Shown piece by piece: positions 23,282-35,983 of a stretch of DNA of 53,399 bases. This stretch comes from Chromera velia. Its lineage: Eukaryota. Made by a program: the position numbers and the translations under genes. The stretch is taken from contig JAHBMJ010000193.1 of assembly GCA_018398765.1 (NCBI GenBank), positions 1 to 53,399 on the forward strand, in the 5' to 3' direction. The notes beneath the pieces are model-generated. The model was not told the origin of the DNA, did not search any database, and worked only from the letters and a program-made list of their open reading frames with translations. The stretch's first letter is position 1; every line of letters starts with the position of its first letter.

Positions 23282-26200
23282 TTGACTTCTATGTAAGGAA
23301 AGTACACACAGGCAAACAAGCCGATAGACGGGCAGACAGACCCTTGGATGACTTCCTGCGGTCGTACAGTATTCTGATTTCCCCGTCTGCACACCCCGCG
23401 ATGATTTGCTTCAATTCAGAAGGCCAGGCCACCCGCACAGGGGCAGACTGAAGAGTCAGAGAGGTGACTGAAGGGAGGCCCCCCATCAGGCCGTCTCCTG
23501 TTTGGGTCTCCAGAATCTGCATTGACAAACCGCAATGAGCAGATTTTGACCGTAGAGCAACAAAAGGGAAATGCGTTTCTTTCACATCTCCACACGGTTC
23601 AAAAAGGCAGATGCTCTGTGATGTCCATCCAGCCAGGCAGAGAAGTGGTTAATTAGTGAGAGATTGCAGTCAGCCGAAAGAAATCCCTTCGGACTGGGGT
23701 GAGTGTGAGAAAGGGACCAAAAGCCAGAATGGAAGAAGCAAAAACGAGGGACAGATAGATAAAGAGGAGAGGTACACAGAGGGAGAAAGCTCCAAGAGAG
23801 ACAACCCCAAAGGGCGAGGCCACTTGTCTCCCTTGTCCCTTTTCTTTTTTCTGCTGACCTCAAGGGCCCCTGAGACTTTCCTGTTTCCTGAGGCAATTCC
23901 TCCTTCCCCCCCTCCCTCTGTCTCCACTGTGGTCCCCGTCACGCACATCTTCCCGCACGCAGACCACGCAATCCCTGTCTTAGGATGTCCACACGTCAAC
24001 CCGCCCCTCGACGCAAGAGGCTTGGAAGTCTTCCTGAAATCCCAAACTGCAGAAACAGATCATCACATATGACCAACACGAAGTCTCAAGAAAAGCAAGA
24101 CTTTGCAGGTTTCAAAAAGGGCGGGAGGACTGGATGAAAGTGGAAGCACATTCTTATTTCGCATCTTGCATTGAGATCGTACGCTTCAGTTGGTTTTTGC
24201 CTTGACGCATCTTCTGAGAATGACTGCCGGACACACGACTGACACAATTCCTGTCTGTCTGACTGACGTTTGACGGTCTCGTCCATACCCCTGGAGAGGA
24301 ACTGTTTGCCGTCCTGTGAGAAGGCGATGCTGGTGACTCCCTCTGCCACTTCCTTGTGCCCTCCCTCCCTTTCCCTCAACACCACATCCGGCTTCCCATA
24401 CTTTCTTCGTTCGTGAAAAATCTGAATCGATCCGTCGGAGCATCCTGAGGTGAGAAAAGAAAGGCAATACCCGGAGAGGAGAGGGGATGTGCAGAAGGAA
24501 GTCTTGTATTGAATACAACCTGGGAGGAAACCAAGAGGAGCCGACCCTTCAGATCCGAAACCGCGAATGTTTTTGGCGAGGCACGAAGAAGAAAAGTAGG
24601 GCCAAAGGACTGACCACGAAAAACCCTTGTTTTCAAGAAAAAAAAGGGGCAAAAACAGGACTATCAGAGGTACCGCAACAATGAAAAAAGAAACAAATCC
24701 ACGTAAGCCCGCCAGCATCTGATGTACGAAATCGCAAAAAAACAGTATCAGCTTGCCGCCATCCTGAGACACGAACCTGCAACAATCGACTTTCCGTCGT
24801 CAGCCTTGTATGCCACAGTGGTAACGAAACACTTCGAGATATTCAGTCCCCGCTTGTCTATCACCTTCAGACAGTGCACGTGACCGAGCTGCTGGTCCAC
24901 ACCCTCGAGTCGCCCGTTCAAATCCCACAGACGCACAGTCGCATCCAGCCCCCCACTTGCGAACGTCTCCCTATCAAGGGGATGCCACGCACAGGAGGAA
25001 ATCATGTGCGTGTGCCCCCTGCAGGGCATGAAAGGAGAAAGCCACGTTAAAGAGACACAGACAGGAGAAAGCCACGTTCAAGGAGTAAAGACGTTATTCG
25101 CGATACTGAAGGCGCAGTGGGAGGCATCCAAGAACGCAGCAGCAAAAGCAGAGGCGGTAGAATCAAATACCGCAAGTCGTGCTTCTCCAACCTACCTTGT
25201 GTTGGCAGTGTCTCGGATGTACATGTCCCCCTTGATTGTCGACTGGATAGGCGCTCCTTCCTGGTCGTAAATCCGCAAGTGGGAGTCGCCGGCAGCGCAC
25301 AGAAAGTGAGAGCCGGTGCAAGAATACGTCAAGGCCTGCACATCATTGATTGGTACAGCGGATAAATGGGATCATGCCTTGATAGAAACATCTAGAGAGG
25401 ATTTGAAAATCCAGATCGCAACCGAAACAAAGTCTGTTCAGGGGTAATTTTTAAGCTGAAGAACAGAAAAAAGGTTTCGTCTTCAAGTCTTACCCCAATA
25501 ACACCCCCTCGCATTTTGAGGCGAGGGCACAATAGAAAGCTGACTTCTGCGTCTCTACCCACCAGAACCGACCTGTATTGCATGTCCTTCGAGCGGCTCG
25601 AGTTGCCTGAAGGACCTCTTTGCAGAAGTCATTCCGTTGAAGTCCCAGAGCCGCACGCTGTAGTCGAACCCGCCACTCACCATGCGGCTCGCCTTCGGAT
25701 TCACGTCCAATGCTCCACAGCACTTCGTATGCGCGGGCACACTCACCTGCTCACACACACGCACGCACAGCAGAGAAAATGCGTTTTGCAATCCATGCGT
25801 GTATTTAGTGGACGTGCTTTTGAATGACGCGAAAAAGACGGGAGAAATAGTAGACGCCCACACCATGGAGGAGTGAAAGCGGAACCATTTTCAAGCCACC
25901 GTAGAACCACCAACCTCGCACTCGCGTGGTACGAAAAGCCCCTCGTCTTCATCATCGCTTTCATCCTCTTCCTGCAATCCCCCGCCCCTGTCATCATCGC
26001 TATCCTCAGCAGTCCCAGCAACCTTCGACGCCGGTTGGGGACCCATTTCATCGTCATCATCATCATCATCCTCTACATCTCCATCGGCTCTTGCCGCGTC
26101 CTTTGCGAGTGCAGCGGCCAAAGCTGCTGACTTCGCGGCGGTGCTTGACGCGGGCAAGGGGCGCTTGCCGACCGTGGCGGCTGGCTGTGACGAGGACGCA

Positions 26201-26434
26201 GCCGCAGCAGAAGAGGAGGAGGCAGCTGACGACGAAGATTCATCTTCCTGCACGGTGGAGGAGAGGAAAGCACAGGTGAAACGCCGCACACATAAGCTGG
26301 CACAACTCGGATTCCGGCGGCGCACTTACCGCCCTTTTTTGGTGCAGCTCTTCTCCTTCAGCCTTCCCGCGTTTCGAATCCCCAAAACTGCCAAACCCCA
26401 TCATTCTCTGCATCATTTCGAATTCGTCCTCCAT
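18444..26434 (-). CDS. WDR70: WDR70/gad-1-like WD40-repeat protein, many exons (internal boundaries approximate)
   Basis: N-terminus MMQRMMGFGSFG; acidic linker DDDEMGPQP; HTKCCGALDVNPKASRMVSGGFDYSVRLWDFNGM..SFRQLEPLEGH; GDMYIRDTANT|..GHTHMISSCAWHP; SRGMDETVK; AWPSELKQIIAGCADGEIRILYD; C-terminal EEDPVEVLRSY, TSAYQKTQP, CPRCGLKRCACG; putative last exon GPPEKQRRIG*. Confidence 0.85.
18703..18974. repeat. 86-bp tandem repeat, 3 copies plus a partial, abutting an N gap
   Basis: gcgcatctcttcaa.. starts at 18703, 18789, 18875 and 18961. Confidence 0.9.
19650..20856. repeat. Compound (GAAT/GAAC)n microsatellite with a recurring higher-order unit, inside a WDR70 intron
   Basis: ~1.2 kb of gaat/gaac repeatedly interrupted by aacgaaggaataaataaatg. 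Confidence 0.95.
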
Positions 26435-27384
26435 CTTTAGGCCACAAAATGAGGAAGCTGTAAGGTAAAAGATCAGAGAATGGGCAGGACGAATACGAGG
26501 CCCTCCCAGATCAGACAAGACTTCTTGCTGCCCGAGGAGACGGCGCCGGAGGAGAAGGCGCTGAACGAAGTCCAAGCAGACAAAAACCTCTACTACACTC
26601 CACTCTCGGACGAAGGGAGGTCGAAGGGCAATTGGTATACGGGTGACTAGTGTTCCGCCAGCAGCAGTGTCTGCTGCGAAGCGCTCTGAGAACCCGGTGT
26701 ATATACACAAAATCAACCGGCACGGAGATGGCCGAGTGCATGGCCATTGCATGAACGGAGTGACCGACGGTGCATGCATGTACGCGCACCACAAAAATCA
26801 ATTTGCCGCAGGAATGCAACACGCGCGCGCGAGCTGTGCAACACATGCGAAAATCACTGCAACACATGCATTTTAGGGCCATGCAGTTGTATGCAGGCTG
26901 TTAATTGCGTTGCGAACTTAGTTATGGCCAGGTGGACTTTTGAAGTCGACATCATTCGGCCAAATCATCGTTTGCACACTACACAGTATATCGAATACAT
27001 ATCGATGAGTACTCATGGAAGTGTCTGTATCTGCTTCGAACACCAATTGCCGTGCTCTTACGTATTGTCAAGAATACATATCAATATATATAGAGAGAGA
27101 GCGATCTGAGTACAAAACGAATTGAATGTATCGATATTAATACACGGTCGACGCTGTTTTCTGTCCACCATACAGAGGTTGCTTGAAACTGTCTTCGGAA
27201 ACGCAACTCAATCAATCGGCATCGATATAGAGAATTAGCAGGTACGTGCCTGACCGATCGAGTGCATGCTGCCGAATTGCTCGATCAATGCATCGCAGAA
27301 GGGCTGGGTAGACGGGTGCCCTTCAATTGAGAAGAGAGTCGTTGTCACTAGCTTGACCGTTCCATCTAATACCGCAGCATCATC

Positions 27385-28849
27385 ATGAAGTGGCTCGCAG
27401 TCGCGCTTTGCGCAGTTTGCGTCGTTTCTGGCGAAAGGTTGCGAAAGGTTGCTTCGAGGAATGAAACTGAAACGGCTCTTCCCCTTTGTGGCGCAAACAT
27501 GGCGAAAGACGTGACCCTTTCAGTTGACGGCAGTCATCCCGACGCGAGCCTGACCCACGTCATGGCGAAGATCGAACGAAGTTACCTCAACTTCTACGGC
27601 GGGAGTCAAAGTGTCAGTTTCTGGAAATCAAAGACCCATCCCTTATCGTTTTCACGAAAATCGATCTTATTCCTTATCTATGGACACCCATCTTCCAGGA
27701 TCGAATCAAGTCCCTCAGCCTCGCGAAGAGCACTACGGCCCGTTCGATGTCAGTTCATCCAGAATCCGTTTGGCGTCTGCCGACCGAGCGCTTTCAAGTA
27801 TACTTGAATCGTTCATGTGTCTGCAGGGGACCAAAGTGTATTTCTGTCCAGCAACAGGGCCTGCCGGAGACTCTTTTCTGCGCGAAGAAGGAGAAGGAGG
27901 CCGACGAGCTCCGTTCGGCCATCAACTCCGCAAGAATCTGCGCTCTGTACAACATCCAAGTTGCGCTCAAGACCACGCCAGCAGATGAGCCGTCCGTAGC
28001 TTGTGCTTCTGACATGTCCCGTGAATGGAGCAGCGTGCCAACAAAGTTTCAAAATGAGTCTCATGTGTCTGCAGGGAGGCGTCAACCCAGCAGATGACCC
28101 CCAGCCTGGTTTGTCTAACTCCAAAGTTTGAAAGGTGTCCCAATAGATACGCATCTAATGAGACTCCGTGAATCGGCCTGCAGAAGAAGGTCACGCTTCA
28201 TCTGCCTTCGGAGCTCGACCTGATGATTGGCGGCAAGAGTGCGAAGCAACTGGCAAAGGTATGCCATTGGGAACTGCCCTGCTTGGGAAACGTATTGGGC
28301 CTTCCTGACTGCAAACGGCCTCCCCTTCTCTTGCTGCAGGATGTCGCCACAGAGGAAGCGGACAAGTTGGCGACTCCGTCCACGAAAAAGGAGGTTGAGA
28401 TGAAGGCCTCCGTGGTCTCCAAACTGAACCTCGCTGACGTCGCAGGCGACACTGGTCGCGTCCGACCTTCCGCAAAACAGAGGCTCGCAAACATGGAGAC
28501 CCAAGCCGAACAGTAAGTTCCGATCCCAGGATGATGAAGCAGTTCCTTGGATCTCTTCAAACGTTGATCTTCCGAGTGAGCTTTGATCTTGCAGCGGTGA
28601 AATCAACGTCACCGAGGCTCCGCAGTTTGGGTACGAGGTGAGCAGAAACAGCCCAGTACTACTTTCGCCACGAGATAGGTCCCTCTTGCAGAAGACTGCT
28701 GACCCACCTTGTTGCGCCCTCAGGCGAAGCGCATGGGACTCTCTCCAGCAGCAGGCGCTGCTGTCTTCAAGGAGGAAGAGGAGGCCCCCCCGTCCCCTGA
28801 GGAGGCCGGGAATCTCGAAGCCGCTCCTCAGGCAGAGGTCGAGAAGTGA
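27385..28849 (+). CDS. Hypothetical secreted protein, many short introns
   Basis: Signal-peptide-like MKWLAVALCAVCVVSG. Successive exon-like segments are bounded by GT/AG (GLPETLFCAKKEKEADELRSAINSARICALYNIQ; KKVTLHLPSELDLMIGGKSAKQLAK; DVATEEADKLATP..; ..EAAPQAEVEK*). No family recognised. Confidence 0.6.
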
Positions 28850-29700
28850 ATGGAGCATCAGAACTGATTTGGAACAGGAATCCAAAGAAATGCAAACGAA
28901 GGCTTGCCAAACGACGTATAAGGGAATTTTGATCAACCTGGATAATATGAGTGCCGCGCACTGACGCCGTCGTCTTTGAATAAAAATTGCATATCGCAAA
29001 GCGATCAGCGCTTCATTAATGTTCGCAAATGTTCAATACTCACGCCTTGTAAAGATCTAGTAGTTTAAAATTGATAACTAGATTGATAAATCTTTTTTTC
29101 TGAATTAAATAATAGTTTAAGTTTAATAAATTAGGAAAAGAGTAAGTTTGTCTTAGGAAGCTAGCTCAAGAAATGAAGCTACATTTCTAAAACAGTAAGA
29201 AATTGACTATAGATATTAGATCGATATATGTAGTCTTGACCAGTGTGTTGATTTCTTACTATACTATAGATTTCTTACATTAAAATTTCTAGGCTCCGCA
29301 CTAAAAAAAGACATTAAAAAAATATTGGAGTCTTTAAAAAAAAAAAAAAAATTATAGATCCTGACAAACAACTGTTGTTCAAGTGTTATCAAAGTGTTGC
29401 AAGGATGTTGTCCGAGTCCACATGTTGCAAAGACTTACAAAGAGTATGAAAGAGTGTTACATTATAACTTATACCTAAAGAATAACACTTATTCAAGTCA
29501 ATATAACATATTCGACGGTCAATATAGCAAATTAAATAACGTCACGTATTAATGTGTAAAACATTAATCAATGATTAATTGCACTGCGTTGGTGCTATTA
29601 TATTTATTGCCGCACTACTACGGTAAAAAAACATTGTATAAGAAATCAAGAGTTACAAGTCAAATTCCGTGCGCACTAGCTTGCGCACTATGATGAAAGC

Positions 29701-32700
29701 TCAGCTGCGCTCTAATCCTCTTTCGATCCATTTCAACCGCTTTCCGTAGAGACCTCCAGGACGTCGACCTCGTCTGCGTCCTGATGAAGATAAACTTTTT
29801 TTTTCAATGGACTGCCCCCCATACAGAGAAGACCCGCGCTGCTGGCGAGAGGTGCTCGTTAGAGACTGATGACGCACCCGCAGCCACCCCTCCTCAAGGA
29901 GACAACGCAACAGGTTGGAACACCCGCCTCGGGCGGTAGCAAGCTGTTTCACCTGCCCATCTTCGTCTGCTCCAGCAGACTCTCTCATCATCTCTTTCAA
30001 CCGGGCGTCGACACGTCTCCGCAACCGCCCAACTGGCCCGAGAGACCTCCCCTCGCACAACAAAGGAAACAGAGCGGCACCAGCAACTGGGGAAAGGGCA
30101 AAGGATTGGCCATCTACGAAGAGCAGAGCACGCTGGAGCTCATCTGACGCACTCTCCAGCTCAGTCTCTACACCACGGCCCATCACTTCTGTAATCTCTT
30201 CTCTCTCCCGCATGTTCACACTCCCCCTCTCCTGCACACCCGAAACCCCCTCTGGCACAATAAACGCGAACTTAACTGCAGGCGCCCACACAAGAGACAA
30301 GTCATCCATTAAGTCCACTCCGTCCGCAGACAAATCTCCACAAAATCCAACAGGCCCCAGCCCCTCCCTTTGCACCCCATGATCCACCGCTCCAAATCCC
30401 TCTCTAGACCCCGACACACGCCCCCCCTGTTGATGATCCTTCCGATTCGTCGTCGTCTGCCTCCCTGAAATCCAGTCAGACAAATCGGCAGCACCCGGAA
30501 TCTCGATATGAGCAGCCCTCTTGTCTGCGATTTCATCTGACCTTCCCCCGCTGGGGGCCGAGGGGATTGTCTCTGTCTCGTTGTTTCCCTTCTCGTGAGG
30601 CCGGGGGAGAGTCAAGAAACACCCCAACAACCTGACCGGAGAAGAATGAAAGAGGTCAAAAGTAAGAGAGAACCACACATATTTGATTTCTTTTTACCTC
30701 GAAGTCGCGAAGCGCGCATGGAACTGAATTGATTGCCTTGCACTGTCGCATCCCGTCAGTCAATCTGTCCACAAGCATGCATGCCATCACACTGAAGGAA
30801 GGATCGCGCGAGGACGCGTAAAGGAGCACACCGAGAGAAAAGAAAAGACTAGCATTTGGAGCTTAGCACGTTTTTCCTCCGCGATGATCAAAGTCCCAGA
30901 CACTTGTTTTTCGTCAAAGCACAGCATGACGTACTGACCTGTCGAATTCGCCCCCGTCGGCTTCCATGTCTTCGAGGAGACGGCTGAGGAACATCTCACG
31001 CATCTCCCTGCGTGCACCTCGAGAGATCATTCCAGTCCCCCTGTCCGACCACGTCTTTGAACGAACCTCTCCCTCGACTTTTCTCCGTCTCTCCTCTTCA
31101 GACCCATGCAGACCCTCTTCATCAAGCGGATCTCCACGATGGTCTGAGGAGTTCTGTCTCTCCTTCCTACTCTCTGGTTCTTCTTGAGGAAGGGGAAAGA
31201 AGGGGAACGCAGGGTCTCTGTGGTCGTAGAAGAAGAAGTTGTCCTTCCTTCTTCTTCTCTTCCTCCTTCCTGCTGGAGCGTCTGTGCCCTCCTCCTCACC
31301 ACCCCCACTAGCGGGAGACATATCACGGTGCGGCCGTGACTCTGGAAGGAGTAGACCCCCCATCACCCCCTCACAGAGGCGTTCTTGGCTGGGGGCTCTG
31401 CAAAGACTCAGAGAAAACGAGAGAAAAGGCTTCTTTTGGGAGGGGGGAAAGAACGGAGCGAGAGGGATCCATGCAGAAAGGACAGACAGATGAACGAATG
31501 CATTCAAAGTCACATGGAGGCGCAGAAAGGCAGGACAGCCGTCTGTTTCTGACTTTGAGCTTAGAGCTTTCGAACAGCAAACGACGGAAGCAGAAAGAAG
31601 CACCCATGCACCTGAGAGGCGGGACTGAGGGTTCGATCTAAAACGCTGACTGACTGCCTGACAGAGGGACTAACTGACTGACTGACTGACTGACAGGAAT
31701 CCGAAGGAGAGGTTGACACAGTCGTTGTCGAGAGCGACACCCTCGTGAGGGACTCTGAAGGTGGTGGGAGGAGGGGTAGGGGAAGTGAGTGCACACACAC
31801 ATACATACACACACACACACATATACGTATATGTATGCACATACATATACATACATATGTATGCATCTACACGTACACACCACGTAAAAAGAGAACCTGA
31901 GATGATATCATCAAGGAGGCAAAAAACACAGAGGCCCAAAAAGACCAAGGAGTTCAGAAAAGAAAGAAAGAAGGCCAGCGCCACTTCACCCACAGTGCCT
32001 CCATGCAGGTCCACTGAGAGTGACTGACACACCGACCTACCTAGGTGGAATGTAGATGAGGTCTCCTTTTTGCATTCTGAACCTGCTCACTCCTTTCCTC
32101 ATGTCCTCAAAGGGAGTCTCAAGGGAAGCAAACCGTCTGCAAGAACGACAAACAGAAAAGAGAAGAAAACAGATGATGAAGGAACGTCCAGAGACGACAC
32201 AGACAGAGAATAGACAGCTGAAGAAATCAATTCGCTGCGAGAGAAGAAAAAAAAAAGTAGAAATGCAGAAACAAAGAGAGAGCGTCTGCCCAACCCCCCG
32301 CCCCACACACGCACCTGCAATTGAGCCCCTTTACCAGCCGCTCTTCCTCCTCTTCCCTTCCAACGAACCTGCGTAGGCAAACCGCAAGAACGGCAAGCGG
32401 TTAACAAAGCAATAAAAGTCTGATATCATTCCTCCGTCCATTTCCCCTCTACAGCAATGCGTACGCTCAGAAATCCATCCAGTGACTGATCAATCTATCG
32501 AACTGTCTGTCTGTCTATCGGGATAGATGCAATTTGGCACTTGACTGGCTTGGTGACGCATGGCTCGGCCTACGTTTCTGCCCCCTCTGCCGATCGACGG
32601 TCGCACGTCTATGCCAACAGTGTCTTTTCGTGTCAAAGAAAACATGCACAAAAAGAGCTACAAGAAAAGAAACGCCGTCTATTCCCTCACATGAAATGAA

Positions 32701-34473
32701 AGACAGACGTTTGCATGCCCTGCAGGTCCAACAGACATCCATGGCTGTTCAACAGAAACTGATTCTCATGATGCAATTTCGACAACTAATGGAACAGAGG
32801 GAAGACCTAACAAACCCATACAGACCCCCAAAATCCTACGGAACAAGAGGAAAGGAAAGACTGGAGAGAAAACACCACGTACCAACAGAGAGACGGAAGA
32901 GGGAGGAAGGCAGATAGGGGAGAAAGAAACAAAGTCCGAGCCCCTGACCTGTTCTCCAATGACCACACCCTCTCCCCAGACGCCTGCAGAATGAACACAT
33001 CAAATTCGTCCAAGTGGGGCCCCACCCCTCCCCCCCTAACAGCATACGAAGCCATGACGTCCTCCAGTCTCCACGAAGGAACGAGAGAACGGAATGTCTC
33101 CATCAATCCATCCAAAGACTCCACGTGTCGGTTGGCTTCATTCACAATCAATGCATACGACCCGTCTGTGTTTTCTTCCAGGTCCCTCAAAGAGAGCTCA
33201 GCAGGAGCAGATTCTCGTGTGTTTGTCTCCTCGTCCTTCTCTCCTGAAGGGCAATGTGCTTGACTGTCAAGGTGCTCATTTGAACCAGAGGCAGAGGAGG
33301 CCTCCAGTGGCACGTGGGGGTCCGGGAGGGATCTGAGAAGCCTCACAGGGAAGGGGCCGTTCCATACGTGGGTCGTCATTTCTGTTTGTGCGTGTGTTTC
33401 TGGTGTGTACACTCTTTCTCCTATTCCCCCCTCGTCATGATGTCTTAAGGGCTTTTCCTCTCCTCTATTTCCGCATCTGTCCCCCCCCACCCCATTTTGC
33501 CCTTCCCCTTCCGAGTCGGCAGTCAAATCTTCCCCTCCCAACCCTTCAGCAGAGTCTTCTTTTTCGTCTTCCAGGGCGGTTAGTCCCGGATGTTTCTGCT
33601 TGTCTTCCTCCGAGAGAGAGAAGACCCCGGCACGCTCGTACTGTTCAAGGACCTTCTTGAAAGAGGGCCCCGGCAACGAGCGCATCAAACGGGACTCCAC
33701 TCCCGTCTTTGTCGCAAGCCCTGAGGAAAAGCGACATGCAGAGAAAGAGAAAAGGATCAAAAAAGAGAAAAGAATGGGTCCATGAAGGCACCTGACCGAC
33801 CAAGAGAGTATAGATGCAAAGAAGGTAGAAGAGCCGAGAGCATTATTTCTAGGAGTCAAGCAGTATTGCAGTACTTCGCATAAGATGTTTGCACTCCTGG
33901 GTTTTCATCTCGCCACAGAAACCGAGAGTTAGAGAGAGGGTAAGAGGGAGGGACAGAAAGATCACTCCGGAAATGCCGACCTGCGATTGTGTTGCCGGTG
34001 AGGGGTGAGTTGAACTCTGGGAAGGCATTTCTGACGATCAGCGGCTTCTTCTGCCAGTACTCGCGCAAGAACGTTTCCAGGGGAGGAAATCCCTCTACCT
34101 CGTCTGCATACACCTCCCCTTGTGGCTCAAATCCTCTGAACCCGTTCTCCAGGGCAGGAACAGAGGAGGGAGCTGAGAGGTGTGTTTCACCGTCTCCGTC
34201 TCCCACGTCTCTGCATGAGAATTGGCGCGACACGGACAGTCGACACTCACCTGCCTTTCTGGACCCTAGTAGACGGCGAAAGAGAGGACGTCCTCTCTCC
34301 TCGGAAATGGTCACCTCCCATGGATTACATGGTGGCATGAAAGGAGGAAGACGGAATGCTGCGGTGGGAGACGGCGAAGGAAACCAAATTGAAAAAAATG
34401 TTGTCAGAACGAGGTGACGAAGCAGAAATGTCCATCCACCCTTTTCCATCTTGAGGCATTTGCTCGCTGGCAT
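29701..34473 (-). CDS. JmjC/cupin-4 2-oxoglutarate oxygenase, RoxA/YcfD (ribosomal protein L16 arginine hydroxylase)-like, multi-exon, with N-terminal signal+transit-like leader
   Basis: FLREYWQKKPLIVRNAFP..LTGNTIAG|LA..VESRL, WNGPF, YALIVNEANRH, PSWRLEDVMASYA..GGGVGPHLDEFDVFILQASGERVW (HxD), MQKGDLIYIPP, HEGVALDNDCVNLSFGF and RAPS are all YcfD hallmarks. Exons ~34473-33981, ~33720-32949, small exons near 32.1 and 31.7 kb, ~31397-30938, ~30630-29701. Confidence 0.85.
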
Positions 34474-35983
34474 TCAATGACTCATGCGCGTCCGGCTGAA
34501 ACAACAAGAAGGGCTCAAGCTCCGAAGCAGTTGCACGCGTCATTATTAGTACTGGTCCTCCTGACTTCATCCGCAGGAAAGCGTAGCTGAGGGGCATTGA
34601 GGGGCACTTGCAAAGAGTTGCATATGAGTTGCATGTTGAAAAACTGACGCGCGCAGTCTGATGCCCCGGAAATATCGCTGAGAGGCCCAGTAACGCCAAG
34701 CAAAAGGCGGCGCGGTGCATGGGAAAATGTTAGTTGAATCCCCAGTAACGCTATAAGCAGAAAGCGGCGTGGTGGGACAATGTTAGGTGAATCCCCAGTA
34801 ACGCTAAGCAGAAAGCGGCGTGGTGGGACAATGTTAGGTGAATCCCCAGTAACGTTAAGCAGAAGGCGGCGTGGTGGGACAATGTTAGGTGAATCTTTAG
34901 TAACGCTAAGCAGAAGGCGGTGTGGTAGGACAATGTTAGGTAAATCCCCAGTAACGCTAAGCAGAAAGCGGCATGGTAGGACAATGTTTGGAGAATCCCC
35001 AGTAATGCTAAGCAGAAGACGGTGTGGTAGAACAATTTTAGGTGAATCCCCAGTAACGGTAGTAAACGCTAAGCAGAAGGTGGCGTGGTGGGACAATGTT
35101 AGGTGAATCCCCACTGATTCCCCAGTAACGCTAAGCAGAAGGCGGCGCGGTGGGACAATGTTAAATGAATCTGCAGTAACGTTAAGCAGAAAGCGGCATG
35201 TAGCGGCATGGTAGGACAATGTTAGGTGAATCCCCAGTAACGCTAAGCAGAAGGCGGCGCGGTGGGACAGTGTTAGGTGAATCCTTAGTAACGCTAAGCA
35301 GAAGGCGGTGTGGTGGGACAATGTTAGGTGAATCCTTAATAACGCTAAGCAGAAAGCGGCATGGTAGAACAATGTTTGGAGAATCCCCAGTAACGCTAAG
35401 CAGAAGGCGGCGCGGTAGGACAATTTTAGGTGAATCCCCAGTAACGCTAATAAACGCTAAGCAGAAGGCGGCGCAGTGGGACAGTGTTAGGTGAATCCCC
35501 AGTAATGCTAAGCAGAAGGCGGCGCGGTGGAACAGTGTTTGGTAAATCCCCAGTAACGCTAAGCAGAAGGCGGCATGGTGGGACAGTGTTAGGTGAATCC
35601 TTAGTAACGCTAAGCAGAAGGCGGTGTGGTAGGATAATGTTAGGTGAATCCCCAGTAACGCTAAGCAGAAAGCGGTGTGATAGGACAATGTTTGGAGAAT
35701 CCCCAGTAACGCTAAGTAGAAGGCGGCGCGGTAAGACAATTTTAGGTAAATCCCCAATAATGCTAATAAACGCTAAACAGAAGGCGGCACAGTGGGACAA
35801 TGTTAGTTGAATCCCTAGTAACGTTAAGCAGAAGGCGGCATAGTGGGACAGTGTTTGGTAAATCCCTAGTAACGCTAAGCAGAGGGTGGCGCGGTGGGAC
35901 AATGTCAGGTGAATTCCCAGTAACGCTAAGCAGAAGGCAGCTTGGTGGGACAATGTTAGATGAATCCCCAGTAATGTTAAGCA

